Positions 1-13,533 are shown, counted from the stretch's first letter. The stretch: DNA of 64,000 nt from Eledone cirrhosa (GCA_964016885.1 OZ024742.1:355012001-355076000), one strand, 5' to 3'. Program-made: numbers and translations. Notes: generated by a model not told the origin, from the letters alone.

Positions 1-682
1 ATGTAATAAAAAAATTGTTTTTGTTTAGTTTCCTTCACATAAAAAAAAATACTATAAAAAAAAACACAGTAAAACAGTAGAAATAAGCAGATATCTTTAT
101 TTCACAAATCGACGTAATCGAACAGGAAATCTGACAAATGGAGTCACTATGATGCAATACCAAGCTCGATAAATTGTTTTAGTAAAGAAATAATAGAGAG
201 GAACATTATAGTGCAGAAGACAAATGTCTGACGTAGCAAGCTCACGAGTTCATTCCAGTCCTCTTAATCATATTTCCATAGTAAATACATTTCTGCAGAC
301 AACCCCATGTTTTTAAGATTCCACAAGAAACGATAAAGGGAAGTGTATTCATTTATTAATTTATCCCTTAACTCCTGATGGATTCTGTGAATTAATGTCA
401 CGACATAGAGCCGCTCATCAGCATTTTAAGATATTGCTTGTTCAGGGTTTCAGCTAGGTGAATTTGAAGAGAAAGATAGAAGAATTACGAAAGAAGAAAC
501 ACAGAGGAGAAGCAGAATCACTCACATTACTGGATAGGTACTTCGTTTATTAAAACAAACCGATGAAAAGGAAAGAAGACCTCGGCAGAATTTAATTTCA
601 AAGCACAGATAGCCACAATCAATATTGCCAAGGATTGTATCTGACAAACCAAAACAGAAACACGAAGCCTCCATCTTAATTT

Positions 683-805
683 TAATTTTGAAAATCCTAA
701 GATTTGCGAAAACTGTAAATTAGATAAAAAAGTATTCTTAAAAAATGTCAGTTGCATTTTCAATTTCTTTGCTTTATACTTTCACCCGTGTGGGACACGT
801 CTTTA
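683..805 (+). mobile_element. Degenerate Neptune-type PLE pseudo-LTR end with decayed HHR (TTGAAAA core)
   Basis: taatt-TTGAAAA-...-GAAA-actg-TA-aatta at 683-722. Downstream 'ctttatactttca..cgtgt.ggacac' resembles the 3' end of the Neptune element at 27850-27885. Confidence 0.4.
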
Positions 806-962
806 TATATATGAAGTTATAAATGTAAAATTTCGAAGACACTAATATCTACACTCAGCTTGAATGTATTGAGTGGTTATTTAAATAATTGTTTTAAGTT
901 CGATGGTGCTTGAAACACACGTTCTTAACAGTAAATGATGAAATGTTGACTTATACCTCTTG

Positions 963-1011
<49 letters not shown>

Positions 1012-1157
1012 ATACTTTGGGAGGGTCATGTTGCCAATAAGAAACACACGCACCAGGAGTTTTCACTTCAATTTATTATAGTAAATTTATAAATTTAGGA
1101 ATTTATAAATTTCCGGTGTGTTGGTTGGTTCCACAACCAGATGATTGTTTATATATT

Positions 1158-1200
1158 GTCAAAGTTCTTTCGTCACACATTATTTGACCTCTTCAGTGAC
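1158..1200 (-). ncRNA. Minimal type I hammerhead ribozyme motif in pLTR
   Basis: gtca-CTGAAGA-ggtcaaataatgtgtgac-GAAA-gaac-TT-tgac on minus strand; mirror copy at 3153-3195 (+). Confidence 0.55.
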
Positions 1201-3152
1201 TGGGGTTTCTGTTCTTTGTGTTTGTGTCTCTCCTTTGTTCTGTCCTACGCCATCGATTTTTTGTGTGAGTTGTGTGCTTAGTTTGCGCATGTGTTACATC
1301 CGGGTGTCTGTGTGTGTTTATATTTGTTTATTTAATTGTTTATTTACATGTTACTGGTTGGTTGTCTGTTCTATGTGCGTATGTGTTTTCATTTTGTCCT
1401 TAATTGTAAGTTGTGATGTTGCTGTTACGTTCATGTTTTCTATTTAATTTTGGTTGGAGTTCATTTATGTTTATTGCCTCTGTGATTCTATTTTTATTTC
1501 TATGTTCTCTAATTTACCCGTATGTTCTATTTTAGCATGTTGGTAGAGTACAGATGATTCTTGAAGGTCTCGCCAGCATTCATGTATCCGTTCCCCTATA
1601 CTACGAGCTGTCTCACCTATGTAGACTATATTTTTATCTCTACATTGTCCTTCAGTACATCTTATGCTATATACTAGTTTTACAGTTAATATGGGGGCTT
1701 AATTTACAGATTATACATTTCTTATTTATACAGGGATGTCATTGAAAAGGTTATGTATTGCTAATAAGTGTTTTTATGGAGGTAGCTGGTCTTTCTACTA
1801 TCTTAATATTGAGTTTATGTTTATCTAGGTCCCTTCTAAATTTGTAAGCTAATTCACCTCTAGGAGTTGTATCGATGAACATTACACTCTGGTATTTATT
1901 GCTATCATACCATGAGTTTATTCTATTAACCTTATTCCTAGTTCTTTCTATTCTATTCCAAAATTTGCTCCTTTACAAGGGTCATGTCCCATTTGTGTCA
2001 TTATTTACCATTTTTTTCCCCATTTGGTTCTGGCTCTCCTATATACTCTGATGTTATCTCTCTGATTGGTTACAATCAGAGAACTGGTAACCAGAGAACT
2101 GCATACGGTGGATGAAGTGTTGTATGTGTCTCTCTAGTTCTTTGGGGTTGCACATGCGGGACACGTTTCACATCACACGTACCTTATCCGTAATCAGTAT
2201 GTTGACTTTGGGATGGTCCGAAACAGCTGAGTTTCGGTGGATCAGATATTTGGGAGTCATGGGTTTGGTATAATGGGAATGGAGGATTTGTTTATTGTTA
2301 TTAATGGTATCTAACTAGAGCTCTGTGTCTAGTACAGGTAATCGATGGTTGGGGTGTTTGCTTGGGTAGTCTATAGTAACTCTAATACTCTGCTGGATGG
2401 AGTTAGCTATTTGCTGGATGCTTTCCATGGTGTTTTTCCCTAATTCCTGACTGTTCTCTGGTGGGGGTGTTTTTACTACGATGTTTATATCCACAACGTA
2501 GCGGGAGTACATTATCAGGGTTAAGGGGTTGCTGTCTTCTAGCAATACATAAAGTTTTCAAAACCTCCCTGTATAGATAAGAAATGTATAATCTGTAAAT
2601 TAAGCCTCCACGTTAACTGTAAAACTAGAAATGTAGTATACAGCATAAGATGTACTGAAGGACAATGTAGAGATAAGAATATAGTGTACATAGATGAGAC
2701 AGTTCGTAGTATAGGGGAACTGATAAATGAACACTGGCGAGACCTTCAAGATAGTAAAGAATCATCTGTACTCTACCAACATGCTAAAATAGAACATAAG
2801 GGTAAATTACAGAACATAGAAATAAAAATAGAATCTACACACAGAAAAGACGCAATGTTTAGACACATCACAGAGACAATAATCATAAATGAACTCCAAC
2901 CAAAATTAAATAGAAAACATGAACGTAACAGCAACATCACAACTTACAATTAAGGACAAAATGAAAACACACACGCACATAGAACAAACAACCAACCAAT
3001 AACATGTAAATAAACAAATAAATAAACAAATATAAACACACACAGACACCCGAATGTAACACATGCGGAAACAAAGCACACAACACACACACAAACAAGA
3101 TGGTGTAGGACAGAACAAAGGAGAGGCACAAAAACAAAGAACAGAAACCCCA

Positions 3153-3195
3153 GTCACTGAAGAGGTCACATAATGTTTGACGAAAGAACTTTGAC
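3153..3195 (+). ncRNA. Minimal type I hammerhead ribozyme motif in pLTR
   Basis: gtca-CTGAAGA-ggtcacataatgtttgac-GAAA-gaac-TT-tgac. Confidence 0.55.
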
Positions 3196-3418
3196 AATAT
3201 ATAAACAAAATCATCTGCTTGTGGAACCAACCAACAGGAAATTTATAAATTCCTAAATTTATGAATTTATTATAATTATATTAAATTTATTATAAAAGGA
3301 AGTGAAATCAACTGGTGCATGTGTTTCTTATTGGCAACATGACCCTCCCAAAGTATGAAAATATCGGTTTCAACACACGTTTTCAGATGAATAATCTTGC
3401 TAAACAAATTCAGAAAAG

Positions 3419-3466
<48 letters not shown>

Positions 3467-3470
<4 letters not shown>

Positions 3471-3699
3471 CAAGGGAACGGGCATTCGATTAATGAAAGT
3501 CGCTCTGTGTCTCTTTCTTTGTCACTTCATTTTGGGATTACCACCTTGATGGTAACTTTATTATGTAAGGAGGTGACTGATGAGAGTATGGCAGTGGCTT
3601 CTACGCCTTAAATCGTAACCGATGTCTCCCTCGAAACATGATTCACGGCCTTATCAATAAAGGACTTTATCCTCTTAACTCTATATTTCCTTATTCTCT

Positions 3700-3700
<1 letters not shown>
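3467..3700 (+). mobile_element. Solo pLTR-like fragment with degenerate HHR (3567-3652) between microsatellites
   Basis: aagg..gtga-CTGATGA-gag...ctc-GAAA-catg-AT-tcac..cctt followed by AATAAA. The cleavage-site U is mutated. Confidence 0.5.
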
Positions 3701-3756
<56 letters not shown>

Positions 3757-3774
3757 CGCTCTCTCTCTATCTCG

Positions 3775-3814
<40 letters not shown>

Positions 3815-3979
3815 TGGGAAATGTGTGAAATCCTTGGTACAGTTAGGTACATTTTAAAAAAGGAAAATAATGACTTCACTTGTAGTTCTAAATAATTTAA
3901 TTTAATTTCATATTAGTTCACAATTTGGTTTTGTAGATCTAGTAAGAACTTTGTTAACTCCAGTGGGGAGATTTCGAAA

Positions 3980-4150
3980 GATTCCTGGAGAAATGTCTCG
4001 CATTCGTTGATGGTGATTGTCAAACTTATCTCAGCTTGTGTTGTGGTGTGTGACTCTATATATAAGATATTAGAGTGTGTCAGTGAAGGCGGGTTGTTAA
4101 TGAATGTGGCAGTCAATGAAAGTTGATGAAGATTTAAAGGAATTAAAGCA
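3980..4150 (-). repeat. Dispersed repeat; second copy at ~14010-14190 in opposite orientation
   Basis: Shared 'ttaattcctttaaatct' and 'tatatagagtcacacaccacaacacaa.ctgagataa' blocks. Confidence 0.7.
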
Positions 4151-4719
4151 TATATATATGTATACAAAAAGTAGTGAATGCTAAAAGCAAGATAATTGAT
4201 TTGAAGTGAAATTGGGAAGTTTTGGTGTTTTTAGGGAGTGTTTAAGAAAGGCGTTGTAAAAGTGCCCTCCTGCTGGTTCCATTGTAATAAATGACCTTTG
4301 ATGTATATAACTATAGGATATTTTTCCATATTCTTTCTTCATAGATGAATCAATTTAAATCTATAAAGAATAACGTCAACAATGTTATATATTAGAGATG
4401 AATTTGAATGTGCGTCTAGTGGTGGAGTTAATGCAGTGTAAGATACATGTAATTTGATAAAAATGGGATGACAACAAAGAGAACAATATATTTTCACTAT
4501 TTCTGAAAATTGACCCGTATACTGTACTGATGAAGCGTAATCACCCAGAAACATTAGTGCCTGCAGTTCTGTTTACATGCCAAAACAAGAGCAATAATAC
4601 GGGCTCATTCTACTGGAGAGGCTATTTGCATAATTGCAAACAAATCGACTATTTCTATTGATATTCGAAAAACTCAGATTACAGTTATTTTATTCAGCCA
4701 TATAGAGCCATGAACTATG

Positions 4720-4779
4720 TTTTACACACGCGCACACACGCACACTCACATATACACACACAAACATACACACACACAA

Positions 4780-4836
<57 letters not shown>

Positions 4837-5095
4837 CATACAACTGTATACACACACATATAGACGCATACATATACACATGTACATATCATTATATGTA
4901 TATATATTTATATATATATATATATATATATACATGTACATATATATACACATATTTATATATACACACATACATGAACACACATACATACACCAACATG
5001 CATACACACACTTGTACATCTACAGACATACATGCATATACATACAGATCTACACACACACATATCTACCGAAGTATCTAAATTCACATATACAT
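4720..5095. repeat. Compound (CA)n/(TA)n/(CATA)n microsatellite
   Basis: Directly visible low-complexity sequence. Confidence 0.95.
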
Positions 5096-5281
5096 TGCGC
5101 AGAGGAAGGGTAAACTAATGAAATGGTAGTGTACCTCCGAGGGTTGTTCTCTTAATCGATCGAATGTCTGAAATGCGGGTGTCATCAACTTCTAGTTGGA
5201 TATTTTTCTTTTTTCAACATGCGATTTAAAAAAAAGACGGGAGAATCCCGTTATTTTCAGATGGAATATCATTTTTTTTGT

Positions 5282-5960
5282 GTTCAGTAGTGGCTTGTAC
5301 TTTCTAATGTAGATATCTTCTTTATATTTCCAGAAATCTACCTTCTTCGAACATATCAAGAAAGGAAACATTGTAAATTTTCCCTTTTTGCATTATGCGA
5401 AGTGTTCACTGCATGTGGTGTTTCTCACAGAGAGGTCTCTAATTTCTTGTTTATGTACTCGAACTCTGTCATGTAGACCAGTCCCGGTTTCAGCAATGTA
5501 GGATTCTTTACATTGTGGGCAGGTGTCACAGTAATTGTAGTTTTTTTGTTTCCATTAACTTTGAAAATCTGTTTTTAAAGGAGAATTGCCTCCCCTCTTC
5601 AATGTATTCACAAGTTCCGCATCGATGGTCCCCGCATTTCTTAACTTGCATTGTTTCATTAAAGGACATACATTCTGCCTCGGTAAGCACCTTTTTTTAG
5701 GGTGGGTGCTTGGCGTCTACTATATATTATTTGTGAGTCTTTTATGTGTGCAATCATTTTAGGGGACTGCTGGAGAATCGGAAGATATTATTTTGCGGCT
5801 TTCAAAATGTTGAAGTTCCTTTGATTGTGAGTGATGACAAAAGGGATAACAGTTTTTCCTTTTTATGTTGTTGGTTTGTTTTACTCACTGGTCACTGGGA
5901 TGTTCTAGGCCTTGGAGATGGCAATGTTGATGAGGTTCACTGGATATTCTTGTAGTTCAT
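5282..5960 (-). pseudogene. Decayed Neptune-like PLE 3' fragment (Cys linker + GIY-YIG endonuclease)
   Basis: Minus-strand translation gives CPQCKESYIAETGTGLHDRVRVHKQEIRD and KYKEDIYIRKYKPLLN, paralleling the EN ends at 7715 and 26949. Confidence 0.75.
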
Positions 5961-7101
5961 ATAATTGTTTTTGTGTATGTGTGCGTGTGCGTATGTATGT
6001 CTGAATATGTATTTGGGCTGTATGTATATTTACCTGTAGGGAAGTAAATATGTGAGATAGCATAATCTCCCACCGCCCCTCCAAACCAATATCAACAACT
6101 TACATTTCAGACAAATATTCCAAATCTATCTTTATTTTGCTCTTTGCTCCCATCCCATTCTTATTAAAAAGCATGTATCTTACACCTCATTAACTCCCCA
6201 TCACCACCACCACCAGACGCACACCCAAATTTATCTCTAATATAGAAAGTTGTTGAAGTTATTCTTTATACATTTCAGATAGGTGATTCAGCTATAAGAA
6301 TAGAATTGGAAAAACATCTCACCGTTATATACATCAACGGTCCTATATGAAATGGAACATATAGGTGTGTGTGTGGGGGGGGGGGTTGATTTTACAACCC
6401 CTTTCTTAAACACCCCTTAAACACTCCAACACCTCCCAACTCCGCCCCAATCAATTATCTTGCAGTTACCATTCACTATTTTCTGTGTGTATATATATCT
6501 ATAATATTATAAAGTTGAGCGTCGTATGTATGTATTATGTATGTATGTATGTACGTATCCTACACGCCTCCCTATAGTTTCTTAGCTTTACTCTCTATGT
6601 TGCTCTTCCCTCTCTCTATAATTTAACTGCTTTACTATCTTCCATCTGTCGTCGCTCGCATAAGTAACACAGACACACACACAAACACACACACACACCC
6701 ACCCACACATACACACCCACACACACACAGACAAATACACATACTTTCACAACTGATTTCGCTAATTGCCGGATAACATCAAAACAAAACACACAGACAC
6801 ACACATGCACATACACACATACGCAAACACACATACACATACAAAATCACACACACACACACATCACACATCTATACTTATGAAGCTGACGGTCGTATAT
6901 ATGTATATATATATTTGTATGTATGCATTTATATTAACAACACAGCTTAACTCTTTCTTTTTAAACTCATTTCTATGGTAGCTCCTCCACTTTGCTACGA
7001 AGTCGGAAGGACAATGTTATACGGGAGGGGGTATGGTGTCTTTGCAACGGAGTGGTGGGGGCAGGTATACCTAGCCGGACGCCAGCTGGACGGGCCAGAG
7101 A

Positions 7102-7147
<46 letters not shown>

Positions 7148-7152
<5 letters not shown>

Positions 7153-10100
7153 TAAAAGAAATTCCAACTTTGTCTGATTTACTCGTTTTATTTACAATCC
7201 TTTAAGATTATAATGATATAATAATGAAATAGTATGGTAGAATGTTAAATGTTAATTGTTAATTGAACAAGTACTTTCATGCTTTCGCAATCTTCAGGTT
7301 CATATTCAGTGATCACAGTCACGTTTACAATTTTGAACTGTAATGAGATGGGTAAATACTGTGCCTTATAAACAGTAAAAAGGGGCTCCAAAATGCTAAG
7401 TTTTGCAAACTGTATTTCGACCAATCGTTGTGTAGTTTCACTAGATTACTAAAGCTGATTAGTTTAGACGCCACGGTTGGTTCAGCATGTCTAACGACTT
7501 CCATTTGACCCTATCCAAAGCATCAGTTGTTTTGCTGTTTATAGAAATGATGAAAATAGCATTTTCTAGGTTTTTTTTAAAAAATCTTCATTAATCATCA
7601 CCATCAACATCACTTTTATTATTCTTATTGTTGTTGTTGTTAGTGGTGGTAGTCGACATGGTCGTAGTCATAGTCATAGTAGGAGTAATAACCCTAAGCA
7701 TTACTATTGTTCATTTAGCTTGGTTGGAATTTATCAATAACATTATTTTCTTTAATGTTTCTCTTGATTTCACTCGTGCTGTGTAATTTGTAGAATGGAA
7801 ATATTATAAATATTGTCTGACCACATGTTGCTAGATGGTTATTCAGGGGTATCTGACGGACATTTGGGTCTTTGATTTGCTGTTGGTACACCCGTGCACG
7901 TTCCGATAGTGCATTTCCAGTTTGACCGACATATAGTTCTTCACAATTCGGGCATTTAATGCAATAAATTAGATTTCTGCCTTTGCAGTTCATATTTGCA
8001 TTTAGGAATATTTTCCAGTTTTTGTGACCAGTGTCTATGAACTGACATGTGACACATCGACTATCATTGCATTTAGATACAGTGAATGATTTGTCTTTGT
8101 TGTTAAGGTCAAACTTTACCTTTGTTAGGCGTTTGTTCCTGGTATTCGTATCTTCTACAATGGTACAAATTCTTCTGGCTAGGCAGTATAGGATGTTGCG
8201 TTTTGTATGAGGTGGATGGCACGACTTAAAATTCAGATATTGATGGGGGTATGTGTGTTGATAGTATACATCCGTGGTAATGGTGGTGTCGTTTTTGATT
8301 ACCATTATATCTAGGAATGGTAATTTGGTACTACTCATCTCTTTTGTGAATTGGAGAGATGGGTGTAGGTTATTCAGGAGGATATTGAACTCCTCCAGAC
8401 TATCTAGAGATTCTGTCCGGATGATGAAAGAGTCGTCAAGGTATCTCTTCCAAGGCTTTTTAATGTACTTTCTAAATTCAGTGCTATATTTTTCCTCTAT
8501 TTCTTGGTCGAGTTGTTGTTCAAAGTATCCCATTACAGAGTTCGCGAAAACGGGAGAAAACTTCGTTCCCATATCTAATGTGGATGTAATTCTTTCCATT
8601 GAAAAAGAAAGTGTTGTTTTCCAGAATAAGTTTGACTGCGTCTAATATAAATGGCGCTGTAACTCTGGTGGGAATCACTTCTCTATGTTTTTCCACTCAG
8701 TATTCAACTGACTTTATTCCTAAATTATGTGTAATATTGGTGTAAAGGCTTACCGCATCAAAACTAAATAGAAGTGAATTCGTTTCCGTGGTTTTGGGAA
8801 GATGGAAAAGGAAGTCGATATCATCCCGGATGAAACTGGATAGTGAATACATAGTGGTTTCAAAATAATGTCAACAAAATTGCTTAAACGGTGGGTAGGG
8901 CATGTTGGACCAGCTACATTAGGTCTAAGTTTTAAGTCTTTTGGGTGTATTAATTTAATGTACTCACTTTTTGTTGTTTTACTGCCAGTTGGATTTATTT
9001 TGACTTATGAACTTTCGGTAGGCCATACAGGTTGCTGGGTTTTGGCTGAAATTTGGTGATGTAGTCTCTTTCCTTATCAGTAAGTGAGTTGTGGTATTTT
9101 GAAACCATGTTGTTGATCTTCTTCTTGTTGTTTTGGTCTATATTTGATCGTATTTCATGATGGAATGTCGTGTCTTTCAGTTGTTGCTCAACCAAATCTT
9201 TGTAGTATTCAGCACACATTATAAGAATTGCATCTCCTTTATCTGCTTGTTGAATTATTATTGTTTTATCATTTTGTATACGTTTAAGTTCAGACATTTC
9301 CGATTTTTTAATGCTTGGCCTAACATTAGTAGTACGTCTAGGAGGAAATTTAGACAAGATATCAATGTATTGGTTGAGACCGATATTTCTTCCTTTTGGC
9401 GGAGTAAAATTTGATTTATTGTTTATTAGTGATTCATCATTATCATTACTTTTATCAGCGAAGAATTCCACAAGACGTAATTTTCGATATAATTCTTGCG
9501 TATCCTTCTTCAGTTCTTGGTGATTGACTGTTGGAGTCGGTATGAATTTCAGTCCTTTTGACAGAATTTGCATTTCCTCATTGTCAATATCTCTTTTGGA
9601 TACATTAATTATTTTAGGATCTACGTGTTAAGTTGTTTTGGGTATGTCTCCTCCTGAAGTGTTTTTCTTTTTTCGGTTTTTGTTGTCCTGACGTTAAAAA
9701 ATGGATTTTTCTCTGTTCAGGATTTATATTCCTGTTGGTGTTTACTTGATGAACTTTTGATCGTGATATTATATTTAGTTTCATTATGTTTTTTGTCCTA
9801 TTTTTGATATTATGTATATTATTTTTCCATTTCTTGTTAGCATTATTTTTAACAATCTGGGAAAATGACCTAGGTTTAGATCGTTTCCATAGTTTCTTGT
9901 GGGTAATCTCTGTTGAGATCTTGAGACTGATCTGGTTATTCTACGTTTTGTTTCCACATTCCTTGTTGGTAGTCTCTGTTGAGATCTTGAGAATTATCTC
10001 CTACTTGTTTTACTTCTCATCGTCTGGTCGAATGAATATCTATCGAGTTTGTGCTTTTTGTTCATGTTGTATACTTTAGGGTCTTTTTGTAGAAAAGGCG

Positions 10101-10975
10101 AAGAGTCATTACCATAGTTCTTCTTGATTCAATGTAAGGTGAGTGTTTGTGTTGCCACGTGTTCTGGCGTATGTTATGTTGACGAGATTGTCCATTTTTA
10201 TTGCCTTTTCTCAGAGTTCCAGAATCTTTAGCGTAATTTGCAGCATATTCGTCGAGAAATAATTGTTTCTGTTGCTATAACTTTCTTGATTTGCTTTCTT
10301 CTTTTGAGATATCTCTGATCCATAGTTCTCGTAGTTTTTCAGCTATATAACCGGTCGTTAGCTTTGAAATTTCGACTTCAATTTGGTCATCAATAGCTTC
10401 ATATTTGGCTTTGTAGCGGGATTGTTTACATTGACATTGGAGATGTCGGTCCTGAATGTTGTCAATGTAAGTTGCCATCGGAGTTTTATTTCTTCTTCTG
10501 GTTCTGCTGCAATTTCTGTAATTAAGTATTTATGAGGGAGTGTGGGTGCCGTTAGTTAGAGCCATTGCGAATGTGTTTCGGCATATTTTTCGCATGTGTA
10601 TGCTTTCCAGAAGTTTTGTTTTCTTATGTCTTTCACATTTCCATGTCTTTCACATTTCTTTTCTTATTTGATGTGTTTTGTTTTCCAAATTTCTTTCGTT
10701 TAGTTTTGACATCCAAGGGCATTGTGGTAGCCTTTCTCATGTATATTTGATAACTGTTAGTATAATTTCAGCTAAATTCTTAATTTCAGAGTTTATATGT
10801 CCAGTTATAAGTTTTCCGTCTGTAGATTGTTTTTCTATTTCCTTTAAAATAGAGGATTGTGTGTCAATCATCGTGATAAGTGTTGATAATTTCGATGATA
10901 TCTCCTTTAGAATTCGTTCTGATTCTGTTTATTTTATTTGTTGCTTTCTAGACATGTTGGCATACGCACAATAGG
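7148..10975 (-). mobile_element. Near full-length decayed Neptune-like PLE (RT + GIY-YIG) with 3' pLTR at 7148-7590
   Basis: ORF pieces show LSKGLKFIPTP, QADKG, LYGLPKVHK, WKRYLDD, LPFLD, SCHPPH, C..SRCVTC, YCIKCPNCEELYVGQT. There are frameshifts and stops. The pLTR is repeated directly at 11775-12215. Confidence 0.92.
7264..7302 (-). ncRNA. Hammerhead-like motif lacking helix II
   Basis: tgaac-CTGAAGA-ttgc-GAAA-gcatgaaagtac-TT-gttca; same layout at 11884-11922. Confidence 0.5.
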
Positions 10976-11000
10976 AATATATATATATATATATATATAT

Positions 11001-11192
11001 AGTTTTAATATAGATGAGATTCTACAGGACTAGAACTGTTTCATTCATTAGAAATCATCAGGAATCCTGAGATTTCTAATGAATGAAACAGTTCTAGTCC
11101 TGTAGAATCTCATCTATATTAAAACTTTTATACTCTGCTATGTATTGAGTACCTTACTTACTGTGGTTACCTCCGATTCAACCCGGAATAAC
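11001..11192. mobile_element. 126-bp near-perfect fold-back with HHR (11018-11066, minus) plus ~65-bp tail, inside (TA)n
   Basis: 11001-11126 is self-complementary about position ~11063. Minus strand reads gattc-CTGATGA-tttctaatgaat-GAAA-cag..ctg-TA-gaatc. Confidence 0.8.
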
Positions 11193-11575
<383 letters not shown>

Positions 11576-11618
11576 TTCAACATACTTGACCTCCTTTTCA
11601 ACACAACTTTGTTTCATG

Positions 11619-11731
<113 letters not shown>

Positions 11732-11774
11732 AATAAATATACACGGGTGTGTATGATTGTGTATAGAAGATTAT

Positions 11775-12215
11775 ATTAATAAAAGGTATTCCAACTGTGT
11801 CTGATTTACTCGTTTTATTTACAATCCTTTAAAATTATAATGAAAATATAATGAAATTGTATGGAAGAACGTTAAGTGTTAATTGAACAAGTATGTTCAT
11901 GCTTTCGCAATCTTCAGGTTCATAGTCAGTGATGAGAGTTACGTTTACAATTTTCAACTGTAATGAGATGAGTAAATGCTGTGCCTTATATACAGTAAAA
12001 AGAGGCTCCGAAATGCTATGTTTTGCTAACTGTATTTCGACCAATCGTTGTGTAGTTTCACACTAGATTACTAAAGCTGATTGGTTTAGTCGTCACGTTT
12101 GGTTGAGCATATCTAACAACTTCTATTCTACCCTTTCCGAATCATCAATTGTTTAGCTATATTTAGAAATGAAAAAATAGCATTTTGTAGTGTTTTTTTA
12201 AAAAAATCTTCAGTA
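11775..12215 (-). mobile_element. Upstream pLTR (direct repeat of 7148-7590)
   Basis: Colinear, moderately diverged copy of 7148-7590. Confidence 0.85.
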
Positions 12216-12285
12216 ATATATATATATAATTATATATATACATATATATATATATACATATGTATATATATATACATATATATAT

Positions 12286-13103
12286 ATGGATGTATGTATA
12301 ATGTATTTTGCAATACACTTTATGCTTAATTAAAAGCATTTTGAAGACCGTATGCTATTGTTTTAGAGTAGTGACAAATTCAATTACTTTAATCTCAGCA
12401 AACAGGGGAGATAAACCGACAAGGGCCTTGTTTCTTTTTTGTTGAAGCTTATCAAGGCTAACTACCCCTCCTGTCTACTGAGATTACTGATGTCATATTC
12501 TTATAGAATTCTAGTAAATAATCAGGAGCTGATTATACAGAGCGATTGTTGGTCAGGTAGAAATAAACAATTAGAATTGGAGCTCTGAAATAGCAATACA
12601 TATATGGATGTATATATAATGTATTTTGCAATACACTTTATGCTTAATTAAAAGCATTTTGAAGACCGTATGCTATTGTTTTCGAGTAGTGACAAATTCA
12701 CTTACTTTAATCTCAGCAAACAGTGGAGATAAGCCGACAAGGGCCTTGTTTCGCTTTTGTTGAAGCTTATCAAGGCTAACTACTCCTCCTGTCTACTGAG
12801 ATTACTGATGTTATATTCTTATAGAATTCTAGTAAATAATCAGGAGCTTATTATACAGAACGATTATACAGATTATACAGAGCAGTAATCTCAGTAGACA
12901 GCAGGGGTAGTTAGCCTTGATAAGCTTCAACAAAGGCGGCTTATCTCCCCTGTTTGCTGAGATTAAAGTAAGTGAATTTGTCACTACTCTTAAACAATAG
13001 CATACGGTCTTCAAAATGCTTTTAATTAAGTATAAAGTGTATTGCAAAATACATTATATATACATCCATATATATATATTGCTATTTCAGAGCTCCAATT
13101 CTA
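12286..13103. mobile_element. Non-coding tandem 318-bp HHR repeat (retrozyme-like) with inverted partial copy
   Basis: Units start at 12288 and 12606. HHRs at 12414-12459 and 12732-12777 (minus). Inverted arm at ~12870-13103; TA flanks. Confidence 0.8.
12732..12777 (-). ncRNA. Type I hammerhead ribozyme with U3-A8 core
   Basis: agcc-TTGATAA-gctt caaca aaagc-GAAA-caag gcc cttg-TC-ggct; all three helices pair. Confidence 0.8.
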
Positions 13104-13119
13104 ATATATATATATATAT

Positions 13120-13527
13120 TTAAAAGAATAGAAGTGTAACACACGAGTTATGATATATTGGTAAACGGAAAAGAAAATGCTGACAAATTGTTCCCTGTGA
13201 AAAATAGTTTAATTAGGAATAAGTAAAAATTAGTAATAGTATTGGTTATTACTCAGTTTTGGTTTTAAGTTTTACCGGTTGCGCATTTCTAATGCTCTTC
13301 TAAAATAATTTTGAGATAGAGCGCCCGTGATGTTTGCTCTAATCAACTTACAGAAAACATTACGGGCGCTCTATCTCAACATTATTTTTAAAAGCATTAG
13401 AAATGCGAAACCGATAAAATTTATAACCAAAACTGAATACTAACCAATACTATTACTAATTTTTACTTATTCCTAATTAAACTATTCTTCACCGGGAACA
13501 ATTTGTCAGCATCTTCTTTTCCGTTTA

Positions 13528-13533
<6 letters not shown>
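13120..13533. mobile_element. Fold-back of Neptune-type pLTR ends; same family as 51440-51840
   Basis: Arms ~13155-13335 and ~13355-13533 are reverse complements and match 51620-51840. Confidence 0.8.

Larger units (their letters stand above)
1012..3356. mobile_element. Decayed PLE (third lineage) with inverted duplication of its 3' end; arms 1012-1762 and 2541-3356
   Basis: Minus-strand RT C-terminus (RYVVDI, TIDYPSKH..LPVLD, HFIHRMQFSG). Plus arm encodes a GIY-YIG-like segment (YIDETVRS..EHWRDL..LYQHAKIEH..QPKLNRK). Arms are reverse complements; TA tracts flank both sides. Confidence 0.8.

Noticed and set aside
12286-13103. CRISPR array or prokaryotic retron/DGR system
   Set aside because: No short repeat-spacer periodicity, cas genes or operons; context and RT motifs are eukaryotic retrotransposons.
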